From: Catajapyx aquilonaris
Taxonomy: Eukaryota
Direction of reading: 5' to 3'
Length of the DNA: 42,582 bases
NCBI GenBank assembly: GCA_000934665.2
Contig: JYFJ02003385.1
Location: 1-42,582 of the forward strand
Shown here: positions 34,660 through 42,582 of the stretch, piece by piece
Layout of the letters: the number at the start of each line of letters is the position of its first letter
Position numbering within the stretch: the first letter of the stretch is position 1
Notes under the pieces: generated by a model
Databases searched by the model: none
Told to the model about the DNA's origin: nothing
The model's input: the letters and a program-made list of their open reading frames with translations, nothing else
Made by a program: the position numbers and the translations under genes

Positions 34660-37600
34660 CTTGACCGATGCCTCGCCGCGTCGGACCAGAGGTCCAGAAC
34701 GGAGAAATTTCAGCAGATCAGAGTGAAAGGCGAGGGCGCCAAAATGTGCCAGGAGGAGGCGGCCATGTTGGATCACTGTTGCCAGGCACAGGCACTCCTG
34801 CAATGTTGCCAGTCTGAGAGTGCTTCGTGCGCCAGATTTGAATCATTCAGTGGTGGTCAACATGCAGGTACTGTATTATATTTATTGATCACCTTTATAT
34901 GTGGCGTAAGTGATGCTCCTATTAATATACTTCGCTTTCGGCTTAAAGGAATGTCCATTCACCCCCAGTTACTTGAATGCGACCCACTCTGAACAACTCA
35001 ACATGATAACTGAGGGCGATGAGAATTCGATGGGTTGTCATACTTTGCTCTGCATAATTTCCGAGAAATCTGGTGTCAAATGTGTGACATACTCAGAGTC
35101 GTGCGGAGTTTCTTATCGCCTTCAGCTATCGTGATTGTTTATTCGGGATGGGAGGCATTCAGATAAGGAAGTGGGTGGAATCTGCCTTTCAAGAGAAACA
35201 AAGAAAAAAAGACAGAATCGAGAGCGTATTTTTTATAATTGCCTACTTACTTATTTTTGTAATTTTGGCCATACTAGAAACACTTTTTAAAGTGAACAAT
35301 GCTGCTATAGAATTAAGTATCTTGGTAAATAATCTGACAGCAGGTCTGCTCTCCTTTCCTGTGGTTTTATTTTCCTAACGGCACCAAATGTATTTTACAA
35401 AAATTGCTTGGTAGAAAACGCTTCCGTTAACTGTCTCAAGTAAAATCAAACTTTGACTGTACTTAAATTCCCATTACGCCTGGTACATTATTGGTCATTT
35501 GAGAGAAAACGCACTGATGCTGCGATGGAGAAAGTTTCCACTCCTAAACCGAGAGTCTCACCCAGTTGAATATCCGTATAGGTTACATTCGCAGCATATC
35601 TTCCACTGGTGGTTTTCAACCCTCACAAAAATACAGTTAATAGGCATTAATAAAGGATAACGGGTAGGGGATATCAGGTAGATTAGGAAGGCGTTGTAGG
35701 CCTATTCTTTGCAGTATATCAATTTGGCTAAAAAAAGTGTTCTATGTGGGAACAAGTTATTTTTATTTTTATTTTTTATGCTACACCATACTGAGCCAAT
35801 GGCTCTTTCCTTGTGTAGTAAAATATATGCAGCTTTGTTCTGTAGAAGCATCTGCAACCGACCAAAGTAATCTCTCAGGTTGGGTCTTAAAAATCATGGT
35901 GAGTCAATAAGGTACTGTACTGTACACACACTGTACGGTCACACAAAACGTTTTAAACAACAAAATGTGTAATATTTCGTGGGTGGATATTTATTTGTAA
36001 GTTAGATATTGTGAGATCTGATCACTCCTGACCTCGAGATGTCACCTCATAGGGTCGTGATCGTGTTCCAATAAATACACAGATAGACAGATTGCCCAGC
36101 CATATAGGTAACCTATTTCTTAAAACCAACCTCATCCGAGCAGCAATGCCCTCACTTTATGATCCTTGAGATTGCCTTCCTCCAAGATAGGTTCACGACT
36201 TACTATAATAAAACTTCGCTAGTAAACTTAATCGCCCAGTGAAATCAATAAATAAAGAGTTCAGTACCGTACCGGTATAATCAAATACATGTAGATCCCT
36301 TCTCTCCCTTCTATTGTAATAATTTTATCGATTGAGTGGAATAAAGAACAGGGAAAGAATCAAAGTAACTAAGAATAATAGTAAGGTTCCCCGCACTTCT
36401 TCTTATGCTGATGCTTCTTATCGCGGTAAAATTATCCGCGCCGTATTAATCCAAACTCATCTGTGGACGCAGGACTGTTCCTATCACTAACCAGAAATAA
36501 CTATTATCAGTGGCTACTGTCAGTTTTAGAGAAGATAATACAGAGACATTGTGTTCCAGTAATACAATGCTGTATTTACTTGGGATTGAGAAGACCAAAA
36601 AATGTCACTTTATCAGTCAATACGATTTACTTTACTGCTTCAAAGTTTCAATGACGCAGAGGTTTGAAGAAGCACTGGTCAATCAATGCTACAGTATGTT
36701 TGACTTCCCTGTTAAATACTTGATTTAGTGATTCAGAAAATTAACAAGTCTGTGAATCGCTGAAAATGACGAAATGCACATAGCCATAATCGAGATCCAC
36801 AAGAAGAGATGATGTACTTTTACACTTGCATAAATCTGCTAATGCGAGTGCTTTATTAACATGGCCGGAAGATCGTAACCTCAAGCCTTAGTACGTTTCT
36901 TTTTAAATGCCTCACATTAGCTACTCTGTGCATGCAGTAATTATGATGAATTCTACCATATACAGAAGAATCAAATAGACTTCCTCCACGCATCACCATA
37001 TGCTGTGTACAAAACTGTACAATCATAATATGGCATCGTCAAAAGTCATTAATCCCACTTGTTTGTGTAGCATTACCATGCAGTAAGAGAACAATAGTTA
37101 CAGTAACACCCCCATGTGAAACCGTACGTTCACCACCAGAATCTTATCACCCGTCTTATCCCCGTAGCATGCACCCCATATTGTTCGAAACCTGACGATA
37201 ACCAACACGAAAGAAGGCAGGCAACCACACACACATCACATGCAATGTGTCGTATCACATAGTGCTCATTTGTGCGTGGTATTTCCCAGGTGAAGCTGGG
37301 TAGCCATGCGGGAAGTGTAAAGCTACCTTACGAAAAGAAGAAAAACGTTCGCAAAAAAAAGAGGAGTTTGCACAATGCCCAATGGCTGCTTGCCACGTAG
37401 CAGCCTGACGGATCGTGCAAACTCGGTGTCTGCAAAACTGGCGCACAGTTGCAGCTGTGACTTGCACACGAGAGGCCATACGGAACAATCATATTCACTA
37501 ACCATGTGAACACTTGGAGATTGTCACTTATTCCAGCAGGTGAGTGCCACGCAGATATTGCCAATGTCACGCTGGGTTATGTAACATTTTATTGACGAGG

Positions 37601-40600
37601 TCCGCACAATTAGAGTGGAAATATGGATATTGCTGACAGTTACGGGTTTCCGTGGTGAAATGTTCTAACCAAAAACTCTGCAGCCATATTTCTCTGGCCA
37701 GCCACGAAATGTCGCGGTGAATATATTACAGACAGTTCTAGGAACTCGACCATAAATTCACGGTAGGCCAGGATTTAATTTCATCCACCCCCGTCCACAA
37801 AAAATTTTTGGACACGGACGACCTCTTTTTTAAAATTACGTGCGTTGACCTTCCTCCAACCTTCCTCACAAAAGAAATTTGAGACGTCATCTAACCATGA
37901 TACGACTCAACTAATTCCAAATTACTTGTGGAAAACAACAAAAAATGCGAGAGAAAACTTCTAACCTGCAATTTCTTACGCAACACCCCGTTTCTATCGT
38001 AACAAATCTCTCTGAAGTATTTTCTTTATTAGAGTAATGGATGTGAGAGGTGGTACACATGATCTCTTTCTGTTGCGGCTCGGATGTGACGTAATCCATG
38101 GTCACGCCAGAGCAATTTGCTCTTATTGATTGAGTCGACCTTAATATGACTCTCTAGGGGAAGTCAGACTTACTCTCAACTAGAAATTTTCCGATAGTTC
38201 ATTTTTTGGGGGAAAATGGCATATGTCACGAACCGTGACATTTACAACGTTTACACTCATAAAACCTGTCCAAGGCCACAAGTTGATGCAAATATGAATT
38301 CACAGAACACTTGTTCCGTGCTCGACAACACCGCTACACCAATTATGCAAATTAGTGACCACGAGTCAGGTCATTTAGCGGTGGCAGGGTAGGTGAGCAT
38401 TCCATCCATTCATTTTGCACTAACACTGAGGATGTTTTCTGAATTTTTCTTCTGACCTTCATGAAAAAATTCTTTTCCACCATTATGTTTGCTCAGAGCG
38501 TGCTTGTAACACATCCTGCCCCAAAAACGTGCAGGCTTAGCTACATATCGCCGGTCACATGGCCAACGGGTTTTATAGCGGTTTCTCTTTCTCTGCTGGG
38601 CTTAATTGCCCGAGAAATGTAAGATTATTATGAAAGCCTAATTGTGAGCCTCTTAATTTGATGATGATGGATTATTGTCGTGAAGGAATTAGAGCACTCA
38701 AGATTTCTTGCAATGATCGATTAGGAGCTATAGGTCCCTTTACTACTTAATACCAAAAAATTCATATGCCGAATCGAGTTCTGGAAGCAATCTCTTCTAT
38801 GATTACAAGTACAAACAAAGGCCATATGACAAACTACGACAAACTACCTGCAGGAAAAAAGTAGACCTAATGCTCTATACGCATAGTTTCATGTTTGATC
38901 ACAAAACATGACAGGATAACACTTTCGGGAAGAATTATACTGAAATGATGATTTACAAGTGCTGATTGAATGACAAGATAGTGCAGGATAATCACCTTAC
39001 CGTATAATGTACAGTACAGTATTCATTTACAATTACAAGTATAACACTGTAAAATTGCAGCATTTCAGTCTAACTTGCAGATGTAACATGCCGGTATAAC
39101 GAGCCGACTTTTTTATGTGGGTGGAATGTCTTATTTACACTTTATAAGGCTTTATGATCATAAGCGATTTACATATGAAGCTTGACTTCAGATATTACTA
39201 CCCTATAAGCCAGAAGGGAAATATTAGTTTGTGGATTGTGACTTTATCACTTTTAAAACTCTTCAGCGTGAAGTTTTGCAATAAAATTTGAATTCAAAGA
39301 TTCTTTCAAAATGCTGCAGTCAAAGGCGCAAGCTGCGGCCTTCTACTAATCTTTCGTGCCAAGAAAGCCCAAATCGTAATTAGGCAGGCTTGCGACGCAA
39401 ATGAACTTTGGTCATGCTAGTGGGTTTTAAATTTGTGATGTAACGATTAGGAATGTCGCCGCAAGCAAAATACGTATTTTATTCAGTTGCGACTACAGAA
39501 GTTAATATAACTGGCTGAGTCTGAAATAAATACAATAGCACTTACACCATATTTCAAGGCCCCATTATTGATAGAGGAAAGGACCTGCATGTAATCATTA
39601 CACTTATTACAGCGTGCATTGGGAATTGTGGTGGCCAAATATTCCCAGAGGGTCTATTGATTGCTATACTAGGATCAGATGTTCACGCCAAGGTCGAGTG
39701 TTCAAGTAGGATACTGTCGCTGCCAATTTCTCCTTTCTATTATGAGCTGCAGCCAATCATGTTTGACTGCAACATGTTTTTCGAGACATATTTACTGCAC
39801 CCCGCTGTATATAATCGCTTCAGTGGAGTTCTTCCTCAAGGCCTGGTTTTACAACCCAGTTGCCAAGAGTAGCCCCACCCATTGGTTCTTCACTGGTCAA
39901 AGAGGTCATTCGTGATTTTTCCAGGAACTTCCAGTTTCTACCACACATTGTGAGCAGTAAACAGTTCAAATACAAGCGCATGTTAGGGCAGTAACTTTTT
40001 TACATTTTGAATGAATGCGATTATATTTTTATGCCCTCATATTTCCACTCCTGTGTCTAAACCATAAAACTGCCAACTGCCAAGAAGATGAGGCCGTCAT
40101 TATCGTACAACAGTTTATTGCAACAGGTTATATACTCAGTGCAATTACAGGAGCACATCGTGAGCCATCACGTTCCATGCATGCATATCAGTGTTGAGAT
40201 TTCGCTTCCCTTCCTCTCATTGTTTAGAACGATTTGAATGAGTGCATTATCAAGACTGTAGGAAAGTGAGCTTATGATGCACTCCAGAGAGGGACGAACA
40301 GGCCCACCCAAGGGGAAAAGAAAGTAAAGGCAAATGAAAATCGTATCAAATTCAGTTTTACCACTGCCGGAGAAAGCAGACTCTCCCTATATAAATCTGA
40401 CAGTAATATAAGCCGGTACTACATCCTGAAAACCGTGACCATATTTTTAAAAATCATCCTCGTACCCGCCTTACCTCAAAATGAGCTCACGACTTTGGGA
40501 ATTGTGCCGAATTTCCCTATACAAGTGCTGAAATTAAATAGTATTGAATCTTCCGAAAGCTGACCCAGAAAACTTGGAAATGGTGTGAGTTTTTGAGCGC

Positions 40601-40719
40601 GTCCATCATTGTAGCAACAATTAGGGCAGACAAGTCCTCGTGAATATAGGATATAAAAAAAAGGCGGAAGTAGACATCAGAGGTCGAGGTCTTCTTCACC
40701 TTCTTCTCTTATCATTACC

Positions 40720-40742
40720 CCTCCTCCTCCTCCTCCTCCTCC
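40720..40742. repeat. (CTC)n microsatellite in the GC-rich 5' region of the qtc-like gene
   Basis: About 7 units. Confidence 0.9.
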
Positions 40743-40944
40743 TTCCTGCCTTCTTTCCCCGGCGCCCTCGAAACGCCATCAGTATCATCGATCCAGAGGA
40801 CCGTATGTGCAGCGTATCTGCGCCAGCGCCCATCCCACGTCCGATTTTGCCATTTTCAGCACAGTCCATTCCGGATTCCTCTCCCGGGCTTTTTTTGCGT
40901 TCATCCATATCGTCCCGTTGAATTTTTCGGTAGTTTTGTGCACC

Positions 40945-40977
40945 ATGACGCAGCGACGATCCTTCCTGTACAGAAAG
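40945..40977 (+). CDS. qtc: quick-to-court-like gene, putative first coding exon (MTQRRSFLYRK)
   Basis: CACCATG start and AAG|GTACGT donor; phase 0 joins in frame to the acceptor before 41415. Confidence 0.5.
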
Positions 40978-41414
40978 GTACGTTCCGTGACAATACTTTT
41001 TTTCGTTTGGCGTGGGGTAGTCCACTTCCCGGTGCAGGACGTAGTTGGTAGATCTTATCTAGGATGACATCGATCGGGACACCCACCGGTTTTCTTCCGC
41101 CATATGGTGCTAAGGATCTTGTGATTGTTGGGAACGGGTGGTATTGCGCTAATATTAATGTAGTCGGTGAATTTCAAGGCTGGAGTGATAACATTGATGC
41201 CCCAGTGACGTCAAATTGAGGTCAAATGACTTACAGTTTGCATATAAAACACCTGTCCGACATACGGACAATATGCATTACGTATCCTCAAATGACAGTG
41301 CAGACCTCACCTGGAATACTGTAGTAAATGTTTAACTGCCAAGTTGCACAAGTCGAGTGATGTAAACGGTACATCAATCAATGCAAGAATACATCGATTC
41401 CTCTCATTATTTAG

Positions 41415-41687
41415 CCCACAGGTAGCATGATGATGGGCAGCCCAAAGGAATCAATTCTGGGCGAAGACATGGCCCATGGGGGTAGCAGCCGAATTCCCCG
41501 GCTGAGGAGGACCGGATCTCTCAGGGGCCCAAGGGACAAGTACCCCAGCCTGTGGGAGACCATCCCAGAGCGGAAGGAGCCATCGTCGGTCCCTGCCACA
41601 ACGCCTTCTGATCCTCGAAAGCATCCCTTGACATCCCCTGGACTGGCCCGCAGGCAGTTCTTCATGACTGACAGAAGTCGCAGCCTG
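41415..41687 (+). CDS. qtc: quick-to-court-like gene, exon (PTGSMMMGSPKE...SRIPRLRRTGSLR...RSRSL)
   Basis: TTTAG| acceptor and CTG|GTGAG donor, phase 0; in frame with the next exon. An alternative start is ATG 41427. Confidence 0.75.
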
Positions 41688-41895
41688 GTGAGATAATTGG
41701 CGATTGCCATCAGAAAAAAAACGGAAACCTTCTGCTTTTGAAAGTTGTTGGTGCGCGCACCCAGAGGAAGAGCTAATCACATTAATTAAGTATGTGAAGC
41801 GCACAACGACCTCGATGATTGCAGGAACGTGTCCGTCGTACTACATGGCAGTTAACACCATGGGAGAATTCACATCCGTTTCTCTTCTTCACCAG

Positions 41896-42210
41896 TCGTA
41901 CTCGGGCATCTCCGGTTCTCTGGCGGTATCACGTCGTCCCCAGCACCTTCCTCTGGGGGCAACTTCTGGTGGCTGTTCATACCCACACACCCCAACACCG
42001 TCTCCAGAGTCAGTCGACGACTGCGATTCCGTTCGCAGTTTCGGAAGCAATTACAGCTCCGCTTCCTGCGACTGTGTGTTTGCCAAGAATGGAACCACGT
42101 TCTCGGGACGGAAGATGAAGTACGTGGTGCATTGCGCTCGCAGGCCGGACAATGTCGAGGAGTATCTCACCCCTACTCAGAGAGCTCAAAGACAGATCAG
42201 GCATTTGAAG
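41896..42210 (+). CDS. qtc: quick-to-court-like coiled-coil protein, conserved exon; gene continues beyond the right edge
   Basis: CTTCACCAG| acceptor and AAG|GTAAAA donor. Encodes [32 protein letters not shown]...[17 protein letters not shown], recognised from memory as the arthropod quick-to-court motif preceding the coiled coil. Confidence 0.82.
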
Positions 42211-42582
42211 GTAAAAATTATTAAATTTCTTATTATATCAAAAACTTTCCTTCAGTAAAAAAAGAGAAGTAAGACCTCCGCGGCGGAATAAAAGTACTGA
42301 AGCAAGGCAGGCGCACGACCTTCACCAATTGATTTAAGCTGTACCATAGGTCTTACTCAAGCAATTCCCAATTCACTGCTCATGAAGTCTCCTTTCTGAA
42401 ACCAATTTGTGAAATTTTCGTCCTACTACTAATTACTTCTAACAGCAGTACCAGTGTACTGCAATTGTACTGCTAAGTTAGCAGCAACTACAGACCTATA
42501 GTTCATAGTAATAATAGTAGTACGACGAAAATTCCGCCCATTAATTTTCCATGAGCCACTCCATATTAGTGTTTTATGAAAT

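Overview
AT-rich, intron-containing eukaryotic genomic DNA, most likely an arthropod (inferred from the Task6-like and quick-to-court-like genes; species not determinable). Most of the supplied ORFs are spurious. Three spliced protein-coding genes can be reconstructed by hand. (1) The first coding exon of a TASK-type two-pore K+ channel on the - strand (1126-1000), missed by the ORF track and continuing off the left edge. (2) A complete 6-exon NUP42/NUPL2 nucleoporin gene on the - strand (34659-30580, 436 aa). (3) The first three coding exons of a quick-to-court-like gene on the + strand (40945-42210), continuing off the right edge. The rest is intron/intergenic DNA rich in non-autonomous transposons: three tRNA-derived SINE families with target-site duplications, several MITEs, microsatellites and a 34-bp minisatellite. 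The most interesting item is a ~266-bp TSD-flanked retroposon (29647-29912) with no tRNA head whose 5' end can be folded as an HDV-like self-cleaving ribozyme. Also notable are ATGA-overlapping uORF arrangements at the starts of both the K+ channel and qtc-like genes, a Tyr/Gly-repeat exon in NUP42, and an unexplained structured segment near 14.1-14.2 kb. All family assignments are from recalled motifs; no database search was run.
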